Of a stretch of DNA of 64,000 bases, positions 48,677-61,511 are shown in pieces. This stretch comes from Vezdaea acicularis (taxonomy: Eukaryota), in NCBI GenBank assembly GCA_026025075.1, contig JAPEUI010000073.1, forward strand, positions 1 to 64,000. The letters run 5' to 3'. Made by a program: the position numbers and the translations under genes. Within the stretch, counting starts at the first letter, position 1, and each line of letters starts with the position of its first letter. A model generated the notes under the pieces. It was not told where the DNA came from, searched no databases, and saw nothing but the letters and a program-made list of their open reading frames with translations.

Positions 48677-51600
48677 TCAAAGCTCCTCTTCTAGCTCCGA
48701 TGGTTTCAATAATCCACCAACTTTCATAGCTCTCTGCCGTTCTGCTTCTGCTGCTTCCTTCTTCTCTCTCTCGATATCTTCTGCGTATAGTTCCGTATTA
48801 TCGTCGCTGAACTCTTTCAATTGAATGAGGAAATCTCGAAGGTTCAACTTGAATTTCGCATGATCGTTGGTCAGGAGGAACAGGCCGTCCACGAATGAAG
48901 AGATCTGTAGCCTAGAGGTGGTTTAGTACCAACACATGTGTGAGGCGAGTATTTCACGTACGGCTTAAGGTTTTGGAATGCAGTTGTGAGAAGGTTACCA
49001 ACGAAATTGCGTAGAAATTCTTTGTTCGATGTCCCTGGAGGAGCTTGCTCAGGCGTATAAAGAGGGGTTTGGATCTTACCGGACTCTACGTAGCTGAACA
49101 TCTGAGAGAGTAACTGCGACTGGAGTTTGAAGCCTACGGCCATTTGTCAGAAGTTTATCACTCAATGCTACGTTTGAATCAAGTCCCTCACCTGCTTTGT
49201 GGTCTGTATCTGTCAAGACGAAGAAGACATCCTGAAGAATTGAAATGAAGTATCTCTTGAAGAATTCACTTGACGTCTCTAGGTCCGTTTCCGCTATGTT
49301 CTTTATAAGCTCACTACACATGCTAAGACCGGCACTCTCGACCTCTCGGTTATCGTGCTTGCTGGCCCACATGCATGAGTCAATGACGAATTTGAATTGC
49401 CGGTCATCAAGTCTGAGAAGAGCTAGATCATTAGGTCAGACAGACCGCAAGGAACCAATCATCCAGGAACTTACCAGGAAAGCAGTACAGGTTGATGGCC
49501 CTCAATAATTGGAAAAACTCAACCCGATGCTCAGGATACTCTGAAAAGTCTTTGTTGATCATCTCTAGTGTGCATTCAAACACATTCTCCATGATAATTG
49601 GAATTTTGTCCTCCATCATACTCTGTCCATGGTTAGCTACGTCTAAAATAGAGTGGAGAACGAGTCGGACCATGAACCTCGTTCTTTGAGGGGTCCAACG
49701 TACTTGAAGCTTCGTAATGATAGTTGTCATCACGTTTAAAACCTCCGCATCTCGTGCGTCAGGAACGTTTCGATTATAGTCGACAAGAACAGCCTCGAGC
49801 AAAGGCGGGACTATGTTGGAGTTTACCATGTCCAGATCATCGGCCTTCTGAACGTATATGTTGATAAGCTTGAGAATCTCGCGTTTAATAGTTCTCAGCC
49901 CCCGGACTTCGGTGAATTTCGTGGCGATGACGCCTAGAGGTTTCAGTCTTAGGTTCTCCACTGACCGATATAAATTGACTAACCTTTACTCGCAACCTCG
50001 TCAGAGATCATTTCGCTCGTCGCTCGGTACATATTAAGCATGTCGAGGTAAATTCGTCCTATTTGAGGGTAGAAATAACTCCCGATGGAGCTACAAGCAG
50101 ACACATTTGTCTTCATGATGTTACCAATGACCTTTATAATCTCGCCATCTGAGAGGATCTTAGGATCGCGAGCTGCTTGCGCAATAACGTTATCCCACTA
50201 GTCACAGACCATCAGCACATCATATATGAATTTGAGTTCAAGAAATCCTACCGCTGCATTTGCATGATACATGAGATCATGGATCAGCCTCTCTTGTATC
50301 GACTTTTGACCCTGAGCACTAATCATATACCCACATGCCTCGTAAAAGGTATGGACCTGTTGAGGTGACAAATCCTCAGTAATTTTCCGCATTGTTCTGA
50401 CGATCTCATCAATGAAAGGTTCATTTTCTCCTTGCTGGAGAGCAACGAAGTGACGCTTGCATTTGTTGGCGATCTTGATAAATGTGTCACAAGCCATATC
50501 TTGTACTCCTACATCGCTTCGTCAGAGTGATCCTATAGTCCTGAGCAATGCTCGACATTGTGACCTACCTTCATGGGTCTCATGCATAAATTCGAAGAGC
50601 TTATTGACTACCGTTTTCAAAAATTTCCAATGCGCCTTGAGAAACCTGGGGTATTGACCGACAATATACATTATGTTGCTCGCGACAACAGCCTTATTGT
50701 CCTTCCCCCTCTTCATCTCTGTGAGCCCCAGAAGATCTTTGATGACAGTAACGAGAAACCTCTTTTCCGTTTCCTCGTTCATAGCACCAGAGATTGAACC
50801 GATTGCCCAGCAAAGGGTATTGCAATTTGCCCAAGACCATTCGGAACCGTCAACTTGGCGAGACAACTTGTCAGACATGATGCTTTCTGTATCAGCAACG
50901 TCCAGGTGGGTCAGATACACAAGGCATTCCCGGGTAGTCTTATAAAGCTGTATTGTGTCACTCTCTTTGACAAATTCTCGAACAATTTCCCCTTCGTCGT
51001 TCTCAACTATCAGAACTTCTTCTGGTCGTACCATCTTCTCGATCATTACGGTTCGCAGATTCGAAAGCACATCCTTGTATTTGTTCTTCCGGAGTGGGTA
51101 ATTAGCCATCCCGGTCTGACCAAGCACGCCGCCATTGGAGAGCCCGCCCATTGTCACGAGTGGGTTCGCATCACCAATTGGAAGTGCTTGCATCTCTTCA
51201 TACAGTTCTTGGACCAACCTAGTCCAATATTCCAGGCATATCTTAAAGATTTCCCTGTCATCAATTTGGCTAATCCGAATGAGATAGAAGTGGGCATGAG
51301 TCAGATAATCCTGGTTGGGAATTGCTTCGATAATCTTTGAATATATCAGCATGACGGAGAGAAGATATTACATTGATGTTACAAATCACAGCATACCTTG
51401 AGATGGACTCCGAAAAAGTTGCAAAGGAACAGGGCAAGGTTCTGAACGAATTCCTGGTCTCTCGAATTGCTCGAAGCATATGTATCTTTTAGGTCCAGTG
51501 AAAGAGGAATAATCTTCGAAATAGTCGTCAATACTTCTGTAAACATCTGCACCAGTTTCTCGTCATAGGTATATCTTTGCTCAATGTTGAGACTCCCTAT

Positions 51601-52586
51601 TTCAGTAAGACATTTGAGTGTGATATTTCGAAACTCGGGCGTCTCTAGGAATCGGGTGCGCATCACTTCAATGATTGGGGTCTCAAAGATGTATCCGAGA
51701 GGGATCCAATTTAAGAATCTTAGGAGAGTCTCCAAGGTAGCTTTGATGAGACTGGCCTGATTGGCCGTATTGAGGACCTCTGAACAGAGGCTGAAGATTG
51801 CTGAGAATTCGGCACACATCGTTGACTTTAAGTTCTTGGTCTTGGCAGAAGTCATCTGGTCTGCCGAAAAGTCGAAAACTTCTTCTGATAGGAGTCTCAA
51901 AATCGCCATATTGTTTTCGCAAATGGACAGACTTGTATGACAAGAGGATACGATCTCGTTGATGAAGGTAGGCCAGTTATGAGGCCATTCTTGCTTGAGT
52001 ATGGAGACTAGAACAAGATTGAGCTTGTTGAGTAGCGTTCGCTGGCTTCTTAGGCTCTCTTCGGAGCTTGATGTTTGGATTATGAAGTTAACAACGAAGT
52101 TCCGAATACCTTGAAGTTGACATTAGCAACGGCTCAAGAACAGAATGTCATGACCACATGACCACTAGCTACCTTGACACTGTTCTCGCGGCAACACCTT
52201 CCATCTCGTCATTATCACGCTATCCAAAACCTGTAGCCCAAGATCTGTATTACTTTAGCTAGAATCCTCTAGAAGTCCTTGGAGCTTGAACTAACATTTC
52301 GTCTGAGGGTATGTCGCATCTTGTAGAATTTTGTCCACAAGAAGCCAAGCTTCTGGGTTTTCTTTGAACTATTGTAGTATGAGTATCGCCCCAGCTCGAA
52401 AGCTACGTCGGCTTACTTGGTTAAGAGTCTGCTCGGCATGCTTTTGCTGTATGACGTCTTAGTAATCATTTTCAAAGAAGCAGGGCTTCACTAAAAGCCA
52501 AAGTCAAGAGGGGGACTTACTGCTTCGCCTCTACCTTCATAGAAGGCTCGGACAGTAGTGTCCAAATCTTCGATGGACATAGACAT
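48677..52586 (-). CDS. CRM1: Exportin-1
   Basis: About 13 exons; [72 protein letters not shown]. Confidence 0.97.
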
Positions 52587-54558
52587 GGCTCCTGAGTTCG
52601 TGAGCGTTTTTGCCCAGGCGGGCACGGCCAATCTATACTGTCTCGCAAGAGAACCTGAGCTCTATGGAGGGTACTCTTTGATTGAAAGTAGCTTGACTAA
52701 TGATATTTACTAGAAGTCCTGCCAGTTAAGGCTTTTTTTTGGAAGAAAGCGAAAGGTATCGAAGTTGTAGTGGGGGTGGCTTTGGAGGGGTCAGGAAGAA
52801 CGCGTCAAGATTTTGGGCCGCTACAGTGACGGTCTAAGCGTAAGAGCTTCAAGCTTCACTACAGTGCTATCCAAACCTCATAGCGTGCACTGTTAGAAAA
52901 CGATTTTTAGAGCTTTTTCATTTTAGATGCTCAGCAGCAAATTCGATAGCCGGGCTATGCGCTTAAATGTTGCCGCCTGAAAATGATGAAGGCTGACTAA
53001 TGAAATTCATTTGCATTGCCACCAATCAAGGTACGCTACATGTATGGTGGTTTCAAGTCACTATTGAATATCCCCTTAAATTATTCTCATTATTTTGGCT
53101 GACAAGACCTCAAACATCTGAAATGCTGAATCGGTTTTGGGATGTCGCCAGTGGATAGCTATAACTTCACTCGTCCATGGCCGAGATGAACTACGTGGGT
53201 AACTCCATCCGCTAAATATCTGTTGCCCCTTAGTATTACTAAGTGGTCGTTCATCTCAATCACTCTCATTTTTTCTTTGGGATCTACTAAGCGCAATCGT
53301 CCTTCCGGAACAAGGACGCGAATTCGATAACGTCCCCAGAATTCCAGAGCTTCGAAGTTCTTACCGAGCGAAGGGGGACAACGATCAGTAAGCTTAATTC
53401 AAAGTGTTCATCACATGATGGGGGGTTGACATGCGAGTTCAAGGCGCAGTGAGCGGTCCCTTTTACCCGTGCATGTTGGGGTTTGGAATACTGTTGTATA
53501 TGGAGATCGCTCGTGATGGAGATTTTACCGCGCAAGACGTGGCGGCGATTGGCGTTTGCCGCCACTGGTATCAGCACACACCATTCAATGTTGGGAGTCA
53601 GGTGATGTGAAAATTCTAATGGTGCGTGTGTTTTTGGTGATATGAAGTGAAAGGGATCATGTCCACGGCGAAAATTACCTTCTATTCATATATGCCGCAA
53701 CTCACTCTCCCGCTATGGGACGTCAACGCATCGCGACGAGCGTGATCCAGGCGGGCGTCAAAGAGGATTTGGCGAACCCCTAGGACCAGCGCTTCACCAC
53801 GGCTGTTCCTGAAATTCTACCGAAAGAAGCATCCGCTAACGTTAGCCGAGCGAGTGATAATCTCATGTGCCTGGCAGCCACTGTGAAGGTGCGTCGCTGC
53901 AGGAAAGGGTGCCAGAGATGGCCGTGAATCGTCCGCCATATAGAGTCGTGGGCATTTTCATGATCATCACCCTCAGAGGGCTTCTTTTCGAGTCCTGCCC
54001 CATGTTAATAATCAGTGCGCACGCGCTCCAACGTTGGTGAAGACGTCGGGGTCCTTCCGAGATTTTTCCAGGTTCCCCCCTGCCATCTTCGAGCCGTATC
54101 TCGCTTCCTTCCTCCCGCACCCACACCAGTTTCTCCTCGTTCTACCCGTCTCCTCGCTTCTCCTCATCTCGCAATCCCTTCGTTGGATACCTATCTTTCA
54201 TTCTTGTGTCGTGTCGTGCTCCATCGTATCGTCCCTACCACCGTCGCTCCTTACTCGATGCTCCTGTCACTCTTTTGTTGATCTTCCTCTAGTCGCTCTT
54301 TGCCTACTCTGCGACAGCGCGTGTCGCTCGTGGTTCGCACCTTCTCCAAGTGGCCGATCAAGCCAACGTCGAATCCTGCGAAGTCTGACTCCGCCTTCTG
54401 ACTACGATTACAATCAGCCAACACTACCGACAGCGAGATATCTATGAAGCTTTGCTCGGGAGTCACGTTATAGCAATCTCTCAGCCTGTTGTGGCTGGGC
54501 TTCCGCACCGATCTTGCGATCTAACGCGGTTGTTATCAGAAGTCGATCGCTGTCCCGC

Positions 54559-57036
54559 ATGATGCATCGGTCACATCAGAAACACCACCATGCTGGCTTT
54601 ATTCCTCGAGGGTTGTTGCCCAGGTCATTGAATCCTCTTCATAAATCAGATGACACGTCCGATCCGGGACAGGATCCAACTCTTGTTAAAAGGACTCCAC
54701 CACCGCCTGGTGGAGGCGGAAGCGGATCTGGAGGTGGATCTGGAAGTGGCTCGGCGAGTACGACAACCAGCTCCTCAAGCTCATCTACAACCTGCGCTCC
54801 GGGTGATGATACTGGAATATGCCAAAAGCCAACCGATACAGCATCTCCCCTGCCAATCGTTCTTGCTGTAGTGTAAGTACTAAAGATCCTGACATTCACG
54901 TTAGCTGGCTAACGGATGAAAAAGTATTCCAATTGTCGTCATTTGTATCGTCTTCTATTTCTTACATCGTCGGCATCTGAAGAAGCTCCAGAATGAAGCT
55001 CGCGATGATAAGTATAAGTCGTATGATTTTGGGATGGACACAACCAATGATCTAAAGGGGGAAAAGCCAGGACGTAAAGGGAGGAAGAACAAGGGTCTAC
55101 CCGAAACAAATGCTCCAGATATGAGTTACGAGAAGAGCATACGCGGTGGGAGAGGCATGTCAATTGATATGGGTAGTCCCTATCTTCTCCCACCCGAACT
55201 TCATAATTCGAGAGATTCACTCCATTCTCTTACGAGATCAATTCACTCTCATGAGGACCGTTACAAGCCGGCAACAACCTTTGTCTCAAACGACACATCC
55301 TCTATCCGCTCATTTCCAAGTAAGCGTGGCATGGACGACTCTTCAATATATACCGGCTCGAGTGGCATTGGTCTGGGGCATCAGGACGGGATGCATGACG
55401 AGCTTCTGAAGAATCCACAACGAATCTCGAGGTCAAGCTTACCTCAGCGAGGCGCATCTTTGGCAAGGCACAAGAATCCAGATTCTAGAATGAATTCGCC
55501 TACAGAGCCGATGCCTGAGATGCCAGAGCTAGCTCATACCCTTTCGCCGAAAGATAGCCCCGGTGCCCCAACTCCACCCCCAAAGTCCGGAGGCCTTGTA
55601 CCACCTTCTGGGGAAGAACCACGCGATTCCTACATAGAGAAGGATGGAGGTGACATGCGACGAAGTAACAACTATCTTGGGACTTTCATCAATACAAGAG
55701 AATCCTCTGTTGCATCCGAAAAAGACACCTCGAGTCGAAATTCCCCACAGGATCTTTCCATGCCTTTACCTCCGGTTCAGCATAACGACGATCGGAGGTC
55801 TCCCACCCCTGTAACATTGGTTCATCCCGATGATGCGAACCTTGGACGACAACTTTCCCATAAAGCACCTGTCATTCACGTCTCCGAGGAGAATCATTAC
55901 CCTGGAGGTAGTGGCGACTTCAGCAATGGCTTCAAGGTCACACCCCCATCGTTGCATCGAACATCGGATTCAGACTATGAAGACCCGCATGAGCAGTATC
56001 ATGATGGTATTGGGATGGCTAATGGGCCTTTGGAAGGCGCAGAAGTCCACGACGGGGAGGACTATGGAGGTCTTGATGCCCCAGCTCTAGGTTACGACTT
56101 GCGAAGATTATCAATGGGTTTCCGTCCTCTACCCCCTGAAGATCCTACAGATGATCCGGAACAAAGGGCAAATCGCATTCGCTCATTCTACAAAGAGTAC
56201 TTTGATGAGTCCAAGCAAGCCCAAGTCAATGAAGACTACTTCGGTGATTATGGCGACGATTATTATGAGGACGCAGCTTTCTACGACCCCGAGACTGGCG
56301 AATACATTATGGCAAACGCGCCCTACATGGACCCGATACCTCGTCGCGCGATGACGCCACCTCCTCGAGCACCTCCACGCTTCCAGGGCGCAGCAAGACA
56401 CGGTCCTTCTATGAGCAGTGGCTTCTTACCTCCTGGACCACGTGCATACTCCTCCCAATCAGGCCGAATGCCTGGTGGCTTAGGTGGGCCTGGCGGTCGT
56501 CGACCCCCTCCAAAGAAACGGCTTCCACCACCATCGCCATTAAGAAACCTTCCGACACCTCATTTGCTCAAGGAGGACTCGTTCGCCCTTCCCATTGATT
56601 TCGCTCCTCCCCGAACATATAAGGAGAGGCGAGAAGGACGCCCAGAATCACCGGTGGTTGGACTTCGTCCTTATTCGCCTGCGCTTCCCGCTCATCTTCC
56701 CCTTGCGTCTTCATTTGATGATCTTGCCATGATGCCTAGCCCGTACGTATCCCTCAGCAAGCTAATAATCGTGAATGCTAACAGCTGTCCAGCCATGCTC
56801 TACGAAAGTCCGGTACATTTACCGCGCTCGACTTCGCGCCCCCACCACGCTTCCGAAATGCCGACACCGGTAGCGATGCTGGTAGCATCCGGAGCAATCG
56901 GAGTGCAATGTCGGCCACACACCTTCAAAACATTCGAACCGGCGCATATCGCGTCAGCCGCCTGCCAAAACAGACCGTCGGCACCAAGGTCGACCTCATG
57001 GCCGAATTGAAGCCGAAATGGGACATGCGTCGATGA
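54559..57036 (+). CDS. Skg6/Tos2-like single-pass membrane protein
   Basis: Exons 54559-54872, 54925-56742, 56793-57036; C..C-QKP motif, TM LPIVLAVVIPIVVICIVFYFLHRR, EQRANRIRSFYKEYF. Confidence 0.75.
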
Positions 57037-57816
57037 GCCACGGGGATGACGTTAAGAAGATTATTATTTCCATTCCATGCTTATTAGCCACTGCATAGCT
57101 CGTACTTGGTAGACGGATGGGTCCGGTCGTTTGTGAATTTGAGTTGCTATGTCGGTAGGGGAACCAATGGTGGTTTCTACTAATATCATCGACCATTTGT
57201 CGGATTTGTTGGGGGTGTGCGACACTTTAGCATCGGCTTAGGCGGATAGCTTCCACGGTATGGGAATGGCATTGATCGGGCTACGCTCCCTCGAGAACCA
57301 CATTGTCTTCTCCACGCAGTCCAAGCCTTGTTCGCCATGCTTCTTGATCGGCAGACCTCCGTGTATATAGACGGGTATATGGATCCGCATGTAAGATAGA
57401 TAGAGGGCAAGGGAAGCTGGACGGGTTGCAAGCGATGTCCAGCCAACCGACGTTTCCAAATGGTCAAGTCTTCGCTGGCATACGCGCTCCGGCCCACGGC
57501 GGTGGTGGCATGCTAGCCCTACCCAGCGTTGCATCGTCTCGTCGTTCTCGTATCCTGCATCGACCGCTGCGTCTTCACGTGATGTTCGATTTCGGGTTTA
57601 CGAGGACTGGCACGCACCAAAAGCCGCCTCTTTCCTTTTCCCCATTCCGACGCCTTTCGGCCCATCTCTCTCCACCCGGCTGGCCAAGGCCGGTAGCTGC
57701 ATTCGTAACCGTATTTCCCTCCCACGACTCGACCATCGCGCCATGATTCTGTCGTGGTGTCTTGCGTATCAGCTCCGGGAGTTCTCCGTTGGGCGTTGCT
57801 ATTCTTGGGCGGCGAT

Positions 57817-57846
57817 CGCATGCCACCGCATGCCACCGCATGCCAT
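57817..57846 (+). repeat. (CGCATGCCAC)3 tandem repeat
   Basis: cgcatgccac cgcatgccac cgcatgccat read directly. Confidence 0.8.
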
Positions 57847-58716
57847 CCCGTGGCCGTCGCTGAAGAGCCGAGACCGCCCGAGCCCTTCGGGGCAGTTTGG
57901 AGGGAGCGCGGGTGGGCCAATCAGCGCGGCGCAATATCCATGGGCAGCCTAATTTCCCCCATCGCTCACTGCAGCACTGGCACCCTCCCCGACGGCGTGC
58001 TACTCGCTGCTAAGCTGCTGCTCACGGCCGGCCGATGCGTGCCCATGCCTGCCCCATGTCGGCGAACCCTGCATCGCCTCCGCCAGAGCCAAGCCTGCCG
58101 CAGTAGCCCCAGTCACGCTCCGCTCACCCCATTCCTCCTCCCGACCACCTCCGCCTGACATCTTCTCCAATTTTTTGCCAGCTCCCCATCGGACTGCCGA
58201 CCCTTACACACTCTCTTCCCTTTTCAACATCGCACGAACGCTCCTTCAATCTTCACCTGTCGTCCAGTGCATGGTCACGGTCATCCGCTGCCAGCGCGCA
58301 TAGCACACACGGCCGTATTTGAAACGACGAGACGCGATCACACTGCTGCGAGGGTCGCCGTCGCCTGTTTCAGACGCAAGCGAGCTGGGCAAGTCGAACA
58401 GGAGACAAGCACTTTCTTCGAACCGACCATCAATCCTTTCTCTGGAACCCCATCACCTCTCTCCCTCGCGACGTGAAGGGCACCGCCTGGCCAGCCGCCG
58501 CTCAACGCGAACTGGATCTTTCATTCATTCACTTATTCCCTAAGGGTGCTGGACTTCTCCCAGCATTCACCAACACGAGACCTTTTACCGAAAGTCAAAA
58601 AGGGCCTCAAACCTACGTCCGAGCCCGCCTGACGCACCCTCTACTGGCAATACTTTACTTTGACCTTTGAACGACAAGCCGTTCCCTATCACGCAGCATT
58701 CTGTGTATCCTTCGCG

Positions 58717-59999
58717 ATGGCATCGAGCATCAATGCTACCGCAGGTACGTGATAGCAGCCTTTGAGATAGAATGCCTTGAACTGACCGCACGACACCTTC
58801 TAGGCTCATCAGCTCCAGGTTTGAGTACCGCGACTTCAGCTCCCTCCGCGCCGTCAGCTACTCCATCGAGTACGCCAGCCAGCACCCCGTCAGCCACGCC
58901 ATCAAGCACACCATCCGCGGTTTCAACGCCAGCTTCGACGCCTTCAGCTACCCCCACGCCTTCCTCCACGCCGACGCCGACGCCGACTCCGTCATCAGTC
59001 TTCACTCCCTCCTCCGTTTTCACGCCTAGCTCGGCCGCACCAGTAGCTTCATCACCCGTAGCACCTAGTGTCTCGACGCCTGGAGCCACAACGGTTGTGG
59101 TCACATCGACGTCGACTCCATTACCTACTGCCACACCCGTCACATCGACCCCGGTGACGTCCAGTTCCACTACATCATCGTCAAGCTCCGCCGTCGCGAG
59201 TCCCACCAGCACGCCAGGAAAGTCAGGGCTCTCAAGTGGTGGTAAAACCGCCATTGCAGTTGTTGTACCGGTTGTGGCCGTTGCTCTCATCGTCCTTGCC
59301 TTGTTGCTGTTGTGGAGACGACGGAAGCAACGGAAGAACGCTGAGGAGCTCCGACGAAAGGAAGTTGAGGAATATGGCTTCAACCCGAATCATGACCCCA
59401 CGCTTCCTGCCGTTGGCGGAGTGAGCAATAACAGAGAGGATGTCAGTGAAATGCAGGAAGACAGTGCAGGCTATCGAGGATGGGGGGCCACGCCGGCCGC
59501 TAGGAAACCATCAACGAACATCTCAAGCGGTAGAGGTGGCATCGGCATGGCATATTCTGAAGCCGATGGTGTTCCCGCCGAGGGTGCACGCGGAGGATCT
59601 CCAGTGGATGGAACGGTGGGCAGATCGGAGGCTGATTCAGGGGAACCGCTGGTGAACAACCCAAACCATCTCCATGACGACACAATAGGAGAGCTTGGTG
59701 GTGCCCCTGTTCCTGGAAACAACCGCGAGATGGCACGTGGCCCATCCAATGCCTCCTCCTCATATTCCGCCGCCAATCGATCCGACGGCTCCGGCGATGC
59801 CCCAATTCCCGTGGGCTCGTACGACGCAGGAAACCCCTATCACGAAGATGGCCACCTTCACGCCGGTCCCTACGGTGATGGATCATATGGCGGTGGTCAG
59901 CCGGTCATTCGGGATGTGCAGGCGCGAAGGAATACACGGATTGAAAATCCATCAGTTGTCCCTCAACAGCAAAACGCTGGCATCGCTCAGAATTTCTAA
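58717..59999 (+). CDS. Ser/Thr/Pro-rich single-pass membrane protein (cell-wall sensor-like)
   Basis: MASSINATA|G (intron 58745-58803), STP-rich ectodomain, TM IAVVVPVVAVALIVLALLLLW then RRRK, tail VIRDVQARRNTRIE...GIAQNF. Confidence 0.8.
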
Positions 60000-61511
60000 A
60001 ACAGGCAACCACTGACGCGAGCTGGAGAATTGCATTTGATCACTTTCCAAAATCGTCTCACCCGAGACACAGGGCCATGCACTCAGTGCGTCCCGTTCAC
60101 ACGAGGCATTCGCCCTTTTTCCTTTGAGGTCATCGACGGCGTATCGGCTTCTCAGCGTACATTACTCTTTAATCCTTTCCTTCTTCGTTCTTCGCCAACG
60201 GCCTCTGTTCAATTGCCCCGTCCGTTGCGATCTTTTTTCCTGCAAAAGCCGTATGTGTGCCAGCTCTGGTCTCATCCACTTGGAAAACGACAGGAAGCTC
60301 GACCTTCTTTTAATCGATCTATGCCCTTGTACATATTGGTAGTGGCTGGTGCGCCGTTTTAAGCCTCCGCTGCTTTCCAACTGTTTCTTGTTTAGGGGAG
60401 GGAGAGGGGGAGGGGGCTTGTGGTTGCTCTTTGCGTCGGTCTTGAAGCTGGGGTGGCATTGAAAGAGATACTAGATAAAAAAGGATAGGTAATGATAATC
60501 AAGCAAAGAACATTGCCAGAGAGTTTGCCTGCACGTGCTTTGCCGGGGCTGCCGCAGACATTGACATGCAAGTGAAATGTTCCACCAGCTGCATCGGGGC
60601 AACAGCAGCAAGAAAGCTTTTGAAGGTGCAACGTTGTAAGCATGCAAAGGCGAGAGTGAGAATTGTAGAGCAATGGAGGAGGGACCCTGCGGAAGCAACA
60701 GCGAGAACCGGACGCAGGATTGTAGAGACTGCCGTCCGTGCAGACGTCGCAAAGTGAGGGGAGTGCGTGAAGGTGTCGTGAACGTATCAGACGGAGGCTC
60801 GAATGAGGGGAGCTGCAGAGACGCGCGATCCGCAATGGCGGAGAGACGGGGGTCGCGAATCTGGGTCAAGCCCTAGCCTAGCCGGGACAGGAAAACGTGC
60901 TGAGCGGTAGCCGATGATTGGTGGCCCGGGACGACGATTTTACCTTTTGGGGCCCCGCGGTCCCCAAGGCAAAGGCTGCCCGTGGCTGTCTTTGGCCGAC
61001 GAGCTCAGGCCAGCATAATGGCTTGCTACGTCGTACACGTACCGTGCGCTCCGGACTCACCAGGGCCGGCCATGTTCCCGCCCCGCCTGCCTGTCGTCGC
61101 CGCTGCCCCGGATTGAGGACATCTCGACGCCCGCGCCGGGCCTATCATCTCGAACACCCACCCCGACCCATCCAGACAGCACCAATCGCAGTCCCTCTCC
61201 CCAATCCGATTCGACTGCTGTAAACAATCTCCGCAATCGGCTTAACCCCATCAGACATCCCTCCGCCATCAGCCCTCAAACCCCCATCTCCCCCATCCTG
61301 TTCCCGACGTCAGAGGGGTCGGCCGTCACCCAGCGACTGCAGCGTTCCGGAGCCAGGGACCGACGCGGACTGACCGACGGATGCTCCTCCCTTTAATAGT
61401 AATCCCCGGACTCTCTGTGCTGTCACTTTTGCCCGGCGCAACGCCCGTCAGGGCTCGTCCAGAGCTCGAGCGTTTCCTGACTTTTTCCGTTCTTCTTCTC
61501 ATTCTCTCAAT

